From Octopus vulgaris (lineage: Eukaryota): a stretch of DNA of 64,000 nucleotides. Made by a program: the position numbers and the translations under genes. The stretch is taken from NCBI GenBank assembly GCA_951406725.2, contig OX597832.1, positions 31,868,001 to 31,932,000 of the forward strand. The letters run 5' to 3'. The notes beneath the pieces are model-generated. The model ran no database searches. It was not told where the DNA came from and saw only the letters and a list, made by a program, of their open reading frames with translations. Positions 27,813-41,911 of the stretch are shown here, piece by piece (the first letter of the stretch is position 1; each line of letters opens with the position of its first letter).

Positions 27813-28586
27813 TCACGCACATATATGTAAGTATAAATGGTTAAATGTAAATCTGTCTCTTACTCTCCGTTTAACTATTTACCTATTTGTATATCTATAT
27901 ATCCTACTACCTTTCTACCTATGAATTAAGCGATCTACTTTTACATATTATAAAGATTTTTTCCTACCATCCATCCATACACACACACACACACACACAC
28001 ATACACACACACACATACATACATACATACATACATACATGCATATACACATTGGTATACTCACACAAATCTGTATGTAGATGTCTATACTTACACAGAG
28101 AGGAAGGAAAACAAAGAATGGAATAGAGGGATAAGGAGAGAGAGAGAAGGAGCAAATAAGAAATAGATGAAAAATTATAGAAAGAAGACATTGAATTAAA
28201 GACGAAACGAGGGATCGGCAATTCCAATCACTTTAGAAAGTCAGAAAACTGCCTTGCGGTATTTAGTTGCAATATTACTCGTTATTCATTGGGAATTCCT
28301 CTGACTTAGCATTCATTAGCGCTTGACATTGCTTACAGCGACCCATGTTGGTTACAACGTGTACTAGTCAAGTGCCAGTCAAAAGTTGTGGACTTCTAAA
28401 AATTGCTGGAAGGAAATACTCTGTATTATTTTTATATGTGCAGAAAGAGTAACGTGAAGATATGCAATGAACGGGCGAACCTAAACAGAATTATTGTCTT
28501 TCCAGCTCTACAAGAACAGCTGCGGCATAAAATTATTAATTTATAAATGTGGTGACTCAACACGTAACTTTTGTAAATTTGTTTGC

Positions 28587-28645
<59 letters not shown>

Positions 28646-28647
<2 letters not shown>

Positions 28648-28816
28648 CGCAGGAGTGGCTGTGTGGTAAGTAGTTTGCTTACCAACCACATGGTTCCGGG
28701 TTCAGTCCCACTGCGTGGCATCTTGGGCAAGTGTCTTCTGCTATAGCCCCGGGCCGACCAATGCCTTGTGAGTGGATTTGGTAGACGGAAACTGAAAGAA
28801 GCCTGTCGTATATATG

Positions 28817-28849
<33 letters not shown>

Positions 28850-29043
28850 GTGTGTATGTGTTTGTGTTTGTCTCCCTAGCATTGCTTGACGACCGATCAC
28901 TTAGCTGTTCGGCAAAACAAACCGATAGAATAAATACTGGGCTTACAAAAAATAAGTCCCGAGGTCGATTTGCTCAACTAAAGGCGGTGCTCCAGCATGG
29001 CCGCAGTCAAATGACTGAAACAAGTAGAAGAGTAAAGAGTAAA
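28646..29043 (+). mobile_element. Full-length tRNA-derived SINE family A (CORE-like block, internal TA/TG microsatellite)
   Basis: Head gtggctgtgtggtaag...ccgggttcagtccc, CORE-like cttgggcaagtgtctt, internal (TA)n(TG)n at ~28809-28860, 3' half ending gaaacaagtagaagagtaaa. Confidence 0.9.
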
Positions 29044-29443
29044 TATATATATATAGATATATGTATGCATAATGTATATATATATATATACATTATACAT
29101 TCTCTTTCAAAATATACACTACATTTAAACACATGCATCCTAATCCTCCAAAGAAGTTTTTCCAAAAACTATTATTGAAGTCTAAAAGCATAAAGACTCT
29201 ACAATGTATTGGTATACTTATTTATTAATTTTTATATATATGTATTATTATTTTTTTGAAAAAAACATTGTAAATTTCTTTTTTCGCCTTCCTCAATTTT
29301 AATAAAAAAAATTTTCCCCTTCCAAATCTTGAAAGTTTGCCTTGCAATGAAAACCGTTTGATTTATTATTTTTAATTTTTTAATTTTCATACACACATTT
29401 TTATTAAACTTTATTTTCAATTTAGCATTCTGCATTATTTTTC

Positions 29444-29878
<435 letters not shown>

Positions 29879-30666
29879 CATAAATACGTAGTGCATACAC
29901 ACATACACAAATAGGAAAGACAGAGGAAATTATGGCGTTTCGTGAATGTTGAGAAAACTTGGTAAACGGTTTCACTTAATCGATCTTCAGAGAAAACTGA
30001 AACGGTTGAAACGACGAACGGTTTATAATTGTTTATAAACCATTTAGTGATGATAATTTGGTAAGTCGTAATGTATCAGTTAATGCTCATACGACAATGG
30101 AAACTGCTGGAAATGTGTATTTGAATGGTACGAAACCTCAGCAGACAATAAAACAACACGACTGTAGATATGTTGTTGCTGTGGCATTGATGTAGACAAA
30201 AAGGAAGGGGGTTGTCTCTTGAAGGAATATATCACAGTTTGTTGGCTGCTCTTCAGAGATGTTCCCGGTTTCTTTTCCCGCAGGTAACATTTAAATCCCT
30301 CTCAGTTCGTTAGATTTTCACTGTGGTGTTGTCGTATGCAAGTACACACACGCACGCGCGCGCACACACACACACGTATATAAATATATAATCAAAGAAG
30401 CGGGAAAGCATAATTATCGTCTGTGCCTGTTTACCTGTATAAGTTATTTGTGTGAGTACAAACATTGTGCCCACAAAAAAAAAATAAAATAAAAAGGATG
30501 CTTTTCCGTTCTTAGGCTAAATATCCCTCTCTGCAAGTTCGTTTTATCCAATTATGTATACACCTCTATATACCTGTATATACCTGACTATACCTGTATA
30601 TACCTGCATCTCGCTTTCACATGGATTTAGAGCAATAGAGTTTCTCGGACAGTTATTAATCGAGAT

Positions 30667-30873
30667 TGTAATTTGAGGAGGTTTCCTGGGAAACCATCAG
30701 AACCAGCAGTTGAATTTGCGTCCACCTCGTCTATGGCTAGGAGTATATCTTCTTCCCTAATATCGATGAAATCCATGGTAACTGCCCCGCTGGTTCGTTT
30801 ACTGGTCTGTATCCCAACGTGATGGTAAAGACACTTTTGAACTGGTCATTCAGTACCTCACTAATCTGACTGC
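30667..30873 (-). mobile_element. CR1/L2-type LINE ORF2 fragment (pre-RT region)
   Basis: Minus strand translates ISEVLNDQFKSVFT...IDIREEDILLAIDEVDANSTAGSDGFPGNLLK, matching LNxxFxSVFT and SAxGPDGxPxxLLK. Confidence 0.75.
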
Positions 30874-30875
30874 AA

Positions 30876-30982
30876 AAGTACTAGGCTTTCGAAGAATAAT
30901 TTCTGGGCTCAATTTGCTCGACTAAATGCGGCACTCCAGCATGGCCGCAGTCAAATGACTGAAGCAAATAAAAGAATAAAAA
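30876..30982 (+). mobile_element. SINE family A 3' fragment
   Basis: aagtactaggct...tttgctcgactaa..gcactccagcatggccgcagtcaaatgactgaa. Confidence 0.8.
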
Positions 30983-31090
30983 AATATATCTGTACATATT
31001 TATATTTATGCGTATGTATGTATGTATGTATGTATGTATGTATGTATGTATGTATGTATGTATGTATGTGTGTGTGTATGTATGTAAAGG

Positions 31091-31269
31091 CGTATTTCGT
31101 CTGCCGTTACATTCTGAGTTCAAATTCCGCCGAGGTCGACTTTGCCTTTCATCCTTTCGGGGTTGATAAATTAAGTACCAGTTACGCACTGGGGTCGATG
31201 TAATCGACTTAATCTGCTTGTCTGTCCTTGTTTGTCCCCTCTGTGTTTAGCCCCTTGTGGGTAGTAAAG

Positions 31270-31273
<4 letters not shown>
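31091..31273 (+). mobile_element. 5'-truncated SINE family B
   Basis: Aligns with 18414-18595. Confidence 0.88.
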
Positions 31274-31338
<65 letters not shown>

Positions 31339-31722
31339 GCCGAATGGGATAACAAATCCAAGGTTGTGAGGAGTTTTCAGGACATTTATAATGAAATAGT
31401 TTTACAGCTGTTTCTGGGATATTATGGATATCCCTTCATCAGAGACGGTGTGAGAAAATATTTGAGTTCGAATTATTGTGGAAAAGGAGATAGTGGATAT
31501 AGAGGGGAAATAAGAGAATGAAAGTAGAAATAAGATATATAAAGATATTGTAGTTGCAGTTTCATTATTCGAGGAAAATGGTGTATAGAAGTGGTAAAAA
31601 GATTCCTGCATATGGTGTGTAATTTCCAACACTGTCAGTTCATATTTAGTCATTTCAAATCATGATGCCGTGGAATCGGTGTTGCTCGATCGAAAGGGTT
31701 TTGTGGTGTGAATCTCTCTGTC

Positions 31723-31773
<51 letters not shown>

Positions 31774-31796
31774 TGATATATATATATATATATCTT

Positions 31797-31834
<38 letters not shown>

Positions 31835-32689
31835 ATATATATATTATATATTATATATATATATATATGAGTGTGTGTGTGTGTATGTTTGTGTTTGTGT
31901 GCGTGTTCGTGTGTGTGTGTGCGTGCGTGTGTATGTGTGTGTGTGTGTATGTGTAGTTCGACTGTACGTATGTACAACCGATGCAGCTCTCAAGATTCAG
32001 TTCCTGGAACAACAATAATTACGTACGAAAGTATGAAATAAGTCGCAGTTTATGCAATCCCTTCTTCCCCGACCATTTGTGTAACATCAAGACAATAAAT
32101 ATAGATGTCATAAAGAACGAACTACACAATCAAAAGCGATCGTAAAAATTTTCTATAAATTACAGATATGGACAGCCATTTTGGCTGTCAGTAAAATTAC
32201 CGTTCACTTGTTGTTGTGTTGTGTAACGGATAGTGACATCTGAGACAGTCTTAAACATTTTCATTACACTTCATAAATTTCAGTGATTACACTTGAACAT
32301 AAGTTTGATAATTATGTATATGGATATATATGTATGGGCATATATATGTGTGTGTATATGTATATACATAAATATATATATGTATAAATATATATATATA
32401 TGTTTTTATATATGTACATAATTATTATTATGGTAATTACTGTTATAGATTTTTCCTTAGAGAGCTCTCTATGGATATATATGTATGTATATGTAAATAT
32501 ATATGCATATATGTATGTATATATGTGTATATATATATAAAAATATATGTGTGTGTGTGTATATATTTGTATATATCGCTATAAGATACGTAGATACATA
32601 CATAAATACATACATGTATATATATATTTATTTATTTACACACATATATGTGTGTGTGTGTATGGAAAATATTTAATAATGGTAATAAT

Positions 32690-32739
32690 AATGATTTCTA
32701 TAATAATAATAGTAATACTACTACTACTACTAATGATAA

Positions 32740-32786
<47 letters not shown>

Positions 32787-32831
32787 GCAGTAGTAGTAGT
32801 AGTAGTAGTAATAAAAATAATGATAATAATG
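32690..32831. repeat. Compound (AAT)/(ACT)/(ATT)/(AGT) trinucleotide repeat
   Basis: Direct reading. Confidence 0.9.
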
Positions 32832-34047
32832 ATTTCCATGATAATGGTTTTTTGCGTCATGATAAAAATAATGATGATTTATTTATTTGTTTGTTAGAAG
32901 AGGAAGCAACTGCCAAACATTGAAAAGCAAAGGCAGATGTGAATAAATTTGATAAATCCCAAATGCGAAATTGAAAATATACAACACAAGCGCACTCATA
33001 TTCGCACACAAACACACACTCTCACAGAAGATAAAACATCATAGACCGCTAGCTGCATACAGGTATACGCACGAGCACGCGCGCGCGAGTTTGTGTGTAT
33101 TTATATTCCTATATAATTATACATACATGTATGTATTTTAAGAATGGCATGACAATTTTTATGAATATCGATCAGATGCAGGTGTAGAATGCGTTGGTTA
33201 TACACAAATTATTGGACTGAAGTTGCTTTGGTAGCATTCCTTTGTGAAAACACGTTGCCCTTTGATTAGCATATTAAGCTCTTTATCATAAGACATAAAG
33301 TTTGATTTCTGGTCTGGGCAGTGAAGTGTGGAGAGTTTGAGCAGAGCATTCCACTTGAGTCCCGTCTTCTCGGCCAAAAGTGAAAATCATGCAATCTCTG
33401 TCACTAGTTCTCCACTTCATAGGAATCTAAAACAGGCAACGCATGCAGAGCACAGCATACCGAATCATACTGGCTTGTTGGGTGACGATTTTCAATGTAA
33501 CTTTGCTGTTTAGCATATTTTACCTGACACCTGAATGGTATCAACTCTCCCTCTTCATTTAGTGCAGACTAAGAAGATATTCTCATAGATTAGTATTTTA
33601 TGATATGAATTTAAACAAAACTATGAATAACGAATCTCAGATGTTTTCCTAAGCCCCTTGTAAGTATTTTTTAAAGCTTTCCATGCATGTTTATGCACCT
33701 AAATGTAATTCTTATCCATCCCCTTGCACCTTGGATCGGAAGGGCTGAATTACGCAAGTGAGAATGCATTTTGTCTGTTGAGACTGCAGTACACATCAAT
33801 GGAAAATTGAAGAAGGAACTGTGCAATTTAGAAAAGAAGGGGAGAGGATTCAGTATCCCTGTGGATTCTTTTTGCTAGATGCCGCATATATACAATATGC
33901 TACAGACTGTTGTAATACTTTGAAGTGCTATACTAATTCTTCCCTTCAGCATTTCACAATCTCCCCGAAGGAGTTCCGTAGAGTCTTGTTGAAAGTCAGC
34001 ATACGACTATACGGAATATGGTGCTGCACAAATATACATACATACAT

Positions 34048-34194
34048 GTGGCTGTGTAGTAAGTAGTTTGGTTCGCATCTACACGTTTCAGTCCCACTGC
34101 GTGGCAACTTGTGCAAGTGTCTTCTAATATAGCCTCGGGCTGACCTAAAACTTGTCAGTGGATTCGGTAGACAGAAGCTACAAGAAACTAGTCG
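34048..34194 (+). mobile_element. SINE family A 5' half
   Basis: gtggctgtgtagtaagtagttt...cagtcccactgcgtggca..gcaagtgtcttct..tatagcctcgggc. Confidence 0.8.
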
Positions 34195-35134
34195 TATATG
34201 TGTGTATGTGCGCTTAACTCTAATTGTATGCTTAAAAATATCAAATACAGATGTAAGATTACCTCGGAGAATAGAGAGTGTTTTTATACAGGAGTTATCT
34301 CATGTTATATTAAGCAGAGAATTGCCAATAATTTAATATTAGCAGCCTTAGTAAGCTAATTTCTGCACTAAAAGATAGTAACAAAGTATTTTCGATTGCA
34401 GAGGAAATAATTAGTAAAGCAAAGCCTTATAGAATACGTGATACTAGATTTGACTTTTGTGAGGAGGAAATGTGTCAAATTTTCACTTCTAAGTTTACTT
34501 ATATAAACACTAGACGCGAACAGGTTATGAGATGTCAGCACTGGATAAAATATATGTTTAAGCGATTTATAAAAAACATAATGTACCATCTATAGTAATT
34601 ATACTAGTTAAAATAATGATTTTGATAATATTTATGCAAATAATAGAAATAAATGTAATTATAATAATAATAACAATAAGATTAATTGAGGGTCTAAACC
34701 CAAAATAAGTAAAATACCTTTGAATAAATAATATACTCCGTACAGTAAAATGTGAATAAAAGTGATCCAATTAATTGTAATCTGAATAAACATTTTAAAA
34801 CAACGTTTCAGCTGTAATACCAGTAGAAATGATTATAAGACGAGAATTCAATTTGATTTTAAAAAATAACGCTTTAAACCTTCAACAGATTACCGACCTA
34901 GGACGCTTGTTTGAATTGGTTCAGTTTGAAAACGTCATAAGTGACGGACCCTTGATGACATTGCAACGAATAAGATGCATAATTGCATACGGAGCACTGT
35001 GTGGTTGCTGCACTTGCAACATATGTTGATCACTGTTATATAAACCGTAGAATGCTTGAAAAAAAGATTTGAATGTGAATAAATATCCACTCTCCCCTTG
35101 GTTTTCAGTTATATATATATGAGTGTGTATGTAT

Positions 35135-35196
<62 letters not shown>

Positions 35197-35231
35197 CATA
35201 TATATACACATATATATATATATACATATAC

Positions 35232-35289
<58 letters not shown>

Positions 35290-35621
35290 TTATATATAGA
35301 AAGATTATATACATGTATATTCATAGAATTATACGTATATAATGTGTGTATATTTATATATAACTTAAGTTGTCCAATATATTTACATACATATTGAGTT
35401 CTCACCTCGTTCTTCCAAATTACCCCCCCCACACACACTGGCTTACACACTCACACGTTCATGTATACATGAAACTGTATATGTGTATGTTTGCGCGTGT
35501 GTATTTATATGTGCATATGCGCTTTTGTACGTGTAAATATATAAATGTGCATATATGCACATATATATATGCATATACATATAATAATAATAATAATAAT
35601 AATAATAGTATTACTAGTAGT

Positions 35622-35680
<59 letters not shown>

Positions 35681-36063
35681 CAATAACAACTGCAAAAGCA
35701 GCAAATTAAAATAAAGACCTTCAAAAACCAACATATGTTTGACAATACAGTCCCAACCATTATTACGTTTTACAGAATTCTTGAAAATTTCAAATCAATT
35801 TAGAGAAAATAAGTGTTCCCTTTCAAAGAATGACATAAAATATAGATTTACTCGCAAATTAAACTTGAAAGGCTTTCAAATGTCACTTTGAAAACTCGAC
35901 TTTAATTTTCAGTATAAAATATTTCCCAGCAATTTCTATAATGGTGTAGACTTGTATTCTTTAGGCACATGTGAATATATGTACACACACACACACACAC
36001 ACACACACGTGTATATATATATATATGTATATATATATACATGTGTATATATATTTATATATA

Positions 36064-36107
<44 letters not shown>

Positions 36108-36330
36108 CATATACATATATACACACATATTTAATATGCCGACATATATACATGTATACGTTGGTATATGCGTATATGTATATATATATATATGTATATC
36201 TGCAATATATACATATATATACATATATAGATGTTTTTGTATGTATACACAAACTCACACACACACACACACACATATATACGTATGTACATATATATAT
36301 GTATATATATATACATACATATATACATAC

Positions 36331-36378
<48 letters not shown>

Positions 36379-37322
36379 GTGTGCGTGTGTATTTATGAAT
36401 ATGATAAATCATATCCGTAACTCATCTATCAATGGCATTCTTTGTTTGAGTGTGCTCAACGAAGAACTAGCTATTTGTCAGGGCTATGATCAATGCCTAC
36501 TTGGATTATATAAAGGGAAAGAATGCATTTCAAATATACATAACTAGCGAACATATGCACATATTTGCTCTCCACGAAATGCAACGATAAAACAGTGATT
36601 TAAAACAGGATTTATTTACAAATGTCAACTGAATATGATACGGCAACCTATGTCATATTTACCGAAGAACATCAAAAAACTATAAAAGATGATTTATTTA
36701 AGACGCCTTATTGAGAAAACCGTGCATGTGATCAAGCACATGTTCTGTAAAGGCAAGTTGTTCGTGACCCTGACCCGACCACCAGCATACCAGTGCACAA
36801 ATTTAGCTGTGAATCACGGAGATTCCCACTGCAAACTGCGAAGCTGATTTGATACACATCATCAAAAAGTCCACGGAGTTGATCGAACAGGGTTTCGGCG
36901 CCGCCATAATCAACTGGTTCCTTAACTTCAAGAATAAAGCAACTACAACAGACACACACACACACACACGTGTATCATATATATATGTATATTTCTAGCA
37001 GCTACGAAGCTCTTAATGTTTTCATTGCTTGCACGTAACACTACCTTCTGTGCTGTATTATATATAAACAAAAATACCTTTACAATTCTCTTTGAATCAC
37101 CGCTGACGATTATATATAATGGTCAAAGACGGTTATGTATTAACAGAATGGTTAAGTGTTTCTGAAGTTATATAATATAATATATGGAAATTTATTTCAA
37201 TACTTCAATATGATGTATGATTTATTTTCAAGTGTTACTACAACATTTCAATCAACACAACGCACACAAACACTAATCTTAAATATTAAACGAACGAACG
37301 GTAATACAAACATATATATACC

Positions 37323-37361
<39 letters not shown>

Positions 37362-37701
37362 GTGTGCGTATATTTAAAAGTCTCACACAACGAGACTTAA
37401 TTGATTTTCCCACTAAAACAATCAAATGAACTTTTAAGAACTTAATGCATACCTCCTAATCTAATTTGTCGCTCTTAATGTAAACATACAGCTGTAAAAT
37501 TGACGACACAAATTGTTACAGAAGTCCATATTCATCTCATAATTCTTAACTCACGTTCTCAATTTACATCGAGCAAGAAGACTGTTGTATAAAACTCTGT
37601 TAAGAAATTAAATAAAATGCACCGTTAACATAATTATTGTTAAGTAAAAACATCAGTCTGTTTATGAATATATGTATGTATTTATGCATATATTATGTGT
37701 G

Positions 37702-38106
37702 TTTTATTGTTTACTTATTTCAGTCACTAGAATGCGGCCATCTTGGGACACCGCCTTGAAGGGTTTAGGCAAATAATACTGCACTTTTTATTGATTACTT
37801 ATAATCAGTCCAGCACTTACTTATTATATCCGTTCAGCTGCCGAACCACTCGACGAGGACATGAACAAAACAATACCACAAGTGGTAGTGGAGGAGAAAT
37901 ACAACACAAATACAAAGGTACACACACACACACACACACACACACGCACTAACACACAATTATGCTTCTTTCAGTTTCCATCAACCTAATCCTGCCACAC
38001 GGCATTGGCTAGGCTGGGCCTAAAGTTGAAGACACCCAAGGCACGGCATTGATGAACCCAGCAACACATGGTTAGGAAGCAAGCCTTTTACTCACAATAC
38101 GCAGCC
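37702..38106 (-). mobile_element. Degraded SINE family A
   Basis: tttcagtcactagaatgcggccatcttgggacaccgcctt and ctttcagtttccatc are reverse complements of family A segments; partially duplicated at 38668-38932. Confidence 0.7.
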
Positions 38107-38243
38107 AGCGTTTAGTGCGTCCTGCCAGCTTTGCTAATATGATGTATGATTTATTTTCAAGTGTTACTACAACATTTCAATCAACACAACGCACACAAAC
38201 ACTAATCTTAAATATTAAACGAACGAACGGTAATACAAACGTG

Positions 38244-38665
38244 TGTTTGAGAGGAGCGGCAGTAGAAGTATAGAGTCAATAATTCTGCAAAAAATGTTTG
38301 AGGTGGCAGAGGGAACACCTGGTAAGGATGAAGGATGAGAGACTGCCCAAGCACTTATTGTATGGTGAGCTGGAAGACGGCACGTGACCAGAACTTTAAT
38401 AGCCTAAACTAAGGTTTAAGGATTGCCTTTAAAATGCTCTGATAAAGATAGGAATTGCAGTTGGCGATTGGGAGAGGAAGGTCCACTGGACTGGGATAGA
38501 TGAAAGTCATAGTGATTGTTTACATTGAGAGGGAGAAAATGAAGTATGAAAGAATTAGAAAGGGAGCTTAGAAGAAGGGAACCTGTGGAGAGTGAATGAA
38601 TTTTATTTTTATGTGTGGTTTGTGGGAGGAGGTGTTTTAGTCGGGCAAACTTTGTCAACCATCAT
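38244..38665 (+). mobile_element. Duplicate of the RTE LINE segment at 39283-39703
   Basis: Near-identical to 39283-39703 apart from small indels. Confidence 0.8.
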
Positions 38666-39153
38666 CTCACTAGAATGCGGCCATCTTGGGACACCGCCTT
38701 GAAGGGTTTAGGCGAATAATACTGCACTTTTTATTGATTACTTATAATCAGTCCAGCACTTATTATATCCGTTCAGCTGCCGAACCACTCGACGAGGACA
38801 TGAACAAAACAATACCGGTTGTCAAGTGGTAGTGGAGGAGAAATACAACACAAATACAAAGGTACACACACACACACACGCACTCACACACAATTATGCT
38901 TCTTTCAGTTTCCATCAACCTAATCCTTCCACAAGGCTTTTCTTGTGTAACGACTGTGCAGCTATGATGTATGTATGTATGTATGTATGTATGATTGTAT
39001 GTATGTATGTATGTATGTATTCATGCATGCATGTATGTATATATGTATATCTATGAATATATGTATATATGTATGTATGTCGGTATGTCTATGTATGTAT
39101 GTTTATATGTATGTATGTCTATGTATATATGTATATATATGTATATGCCTATG

Positions 39154-39223
39154 CATGCAGATGATACAAAAGTTTCACAGGCAATACAGAACCCTGAAGA
39201 CACTAAGCACCTGCAATGTGAGC
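39154..39223 (+). mobile_element. Short RT catalytic-motif fragment (CR1/L2-type)
   Basis: HADDTKVSQAIQNPEDTKHLQ resembles YADDTKxxxxIxxxxDxxxLQ. Confidence 0.55.
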
Positions 39224-39950
39224 TGTTTGAGAAAAATTGGTGGGGGATAAACTGGAAAATTGTCAAATGTATTGTGGTGGTGCTTGAGAGGAGCGGCAGT
39301 AGAAGTATAGAGTCAATAATTCTGCAAAAAATGTTTGAGGTGGCAGAGGGAACACCTGGTAAGGATGAGGGATGAGAGACTGCCCAAGCAGCTATTGTAT
39401 GGTGAGCTGGAAGACGGCACGTGACCAGCAAATAAGCCTAAACTAAGGTTTAAGGATTGCCTTTAAAATGCTCTGATAAAGATAGGAATTGCAGTTGGCG
39501 ATTGGGAGAGGAAGGTACTGGACTGGGATAGATGAAAGTGCATAGTGATTGTTTGGGGTCTGAGAGGGAGAAAATGAAGTATGAAAGAATTAGAAAGGGA
39601 GCTTAGAAGAAGGGAACCTGTGGAGAGTGAATGAATTTTGCTTTTTGCGTGTGTGGTTTGTGGGAGGAGGTGTTTTAGTCGGGCAAACTTTGTCAACCAT
39701 CAAATATCTCACAGGAATCGGCCCACGATAAACAGTGATGTGGTTATTACAATTCACAACAGGGTGTGCTTCTGTTTTGGAGGTCTGAGAAGATACGTGA
39801 AGAGAGTGCATACGGTGGCTCCTGTTTCTCCTGCCAGCCAGAACATCTGTGCAGTATGCAATAAAATGTGTAAAACTTTGGCTGGATTTAAGTCATATAA
39901 AAGCATCACATGGCCGCAATAACGAATCATTTCAGTATGCTTTTCTTAAT
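39224..39950 (+). mobile_element. RTE (BovB-like) LINE 3' remnant with C2H2 zinc-finger relics
   Basis: CLRKI..W..VLERSGSRSIESII..LRW..HLVRMRDERLPKQLLYGELEDG..PKLRFKDCL, then FACVVCGRRCFSRANFVNHQISH and ICAVCNKMCKTLAGFKS; contains stops and frameshifts. Confidence 0.85.
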
Positions 39951-40254
39951 AATGGCTTTTCTTGTGTAACGACTGTGCAGCTATGATGTATGTATGTATG
40001 TATGTATGTATGTATGTATGTATGTATGTATTCATGCATGCATGTATGTATATATGTATATCTATGAATATATGTATATATGTATGTATGTCGGTATGTC
40101 TATGTATGTATGTTTATATGTATGTATGTCTATGTATATATGTATATATATGTATATGCCTATGCATTTTATATATATATATATATATGTATGTCTATGT
40201 CTATATGTATGTATCTGTGTATGTGCATATGTATGTCTGAATATATGCATACCT

Positions 40255-40480
40255 ATATGAGACTTGAGGGGCATCTTGTAGGTTTAGCCAACACGTATTC
40301 GCCCATTAAGTTCTTGCTGATGCTGGTGCCTGTTATTGTTTGCAGTAAGGGATGATTTAACGGCAGTTAATTTTAGAATGCTCCCGCTGTCTAAAGCTGT
40401 TTTATATCAAATCGTTGACACGATATTTTTGTTGCAGAGGATAATCTTTTCTGCCCCACTCGGTTTAGGAAACCGAAACG
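40255..40480 (-). pseudogene. Possible decayed GIY-YIG (Penelope-like) fragment
   Basis: Minus strand DYPLQQKYRVNDLI* and YxVG*T..PLK loosely resemble CPLxxKCxxxxLIY and YIGxT. Confidence 0.25.
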
Positions 40481-41880
40481 ATACAATATTTAAATGTTGG
40501 GGTAACAGTCAATCAAGTACTTACTAACCCCGACGTTGTACATCCTCTCTTCTCAAGGAACTCATATGGCTTTGACAGGTTTTATTAAGATCCTGCTGGG
40601 GATTTAGATAGCCCCTCAATGGGTGGATAAGCCAAATACGGCACTGGTTTAGTTACTGACCACCTGACCAAGACCAGGTAACACCCCACTCTCTCTCCAT
40701 TTTCCGTTCACTTCACTTCTCCACTTTATGCACTCAATGTCTCATTCATTCACTTAATTTCATGTTTACCGCCGGCAGATCTCCATCGGTCTGTGATACA
40801 ACTGGTCTCCAACCTCACGTATATTAAAGAAGTGTTCACTCCTTTTCAGAGCCACGTAAAACTGCGGTCGTTCAACTTCAAGTATAATGGACGTTCAGAT
40901 TTAAGTGACATTCTGTTTAGAATTAATTGCATTTTCTCTCTTCACACTCGGTACATTGTTAAAGATGTTAGCGTAAAAATTCGTCTGCATACATTTAAAT
41001 AGTTTTACCCTCCAGCATTGTTCGAACACAGAGAAGAAATAGAAGAGGAAGAAAATGAAGATGATATAACACAATGCAATAAAAAATTTGAACGATTCTG
41101 TTATATTTAAAAACGAAAAAAAAAAAAAATGAATCCTCTTGCTGATAAGTCTGGATAAATAGTTTCTAGAATAATAGACAAAACTTGTTTTCTTTCCAAT
41201 CTTAAAAATTTCTAACTGTGGTAATTTGATAAATCAGATTTAATTGTCTATTTTCTACACTTTTTCTTTTTTACGAAATGCAATAAAAAAAAGAGAAGAG
41301 ATGAAAAAGTAAACTAAATTATAAATGATGATGAGAAAGAAATAGAATTCTTGAATTAAATGCGGGATAAAAACAAGAAAAAAAAAAAACTCAGAGCAAG
41401 AAAAATACTTTAGCGTTATTATAATGTTGGTGTCTAGCCAGAAAATATAATAGATTACCAAACTGGTTTGTGTCGATACAACTTCAATCGAGATTCTAAA
41501 TTTTTTCTTTTGTTAAAAAAAAAATCTCACATCGTTGTATTATGTATATAATCAGTAAGAATACATAATACACACACACACACACACACACACACATATG
41601 CGTACATATATATATATATGTTTATATGATTGTATGTATGTATGTATATATATATATATATCTCTTATTATAATATATATATATATATGTTTGTATGTTT
41701 GTATGTATGTATATATATATATGTATGTATGTATTATGTATTACGTATATTTGAGAATTTTGATTAAAACGTATTGCCTTAATTAACACAGTGTTTTAGT
41801 GGAATTATTATTTATCTATCTTTTAGATTTTCTCCTTTTCTGTTTGGCAGAATAACACATCATGCTATACACACACATGT

Positions 41881-41911
<31 letters not shown>

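Noticed and set aside
28369-28394. Tc1-like TIR word caagtgccagtcaaaagttgtggac
   Set aside because: No matching second TIR or transposase remnant found
29964-29989. Minus-strand CTGAAGA-tcgattaagt-GAAACCGTT
   Set aside because: Core words are present but stem II cannot form; at best decayed
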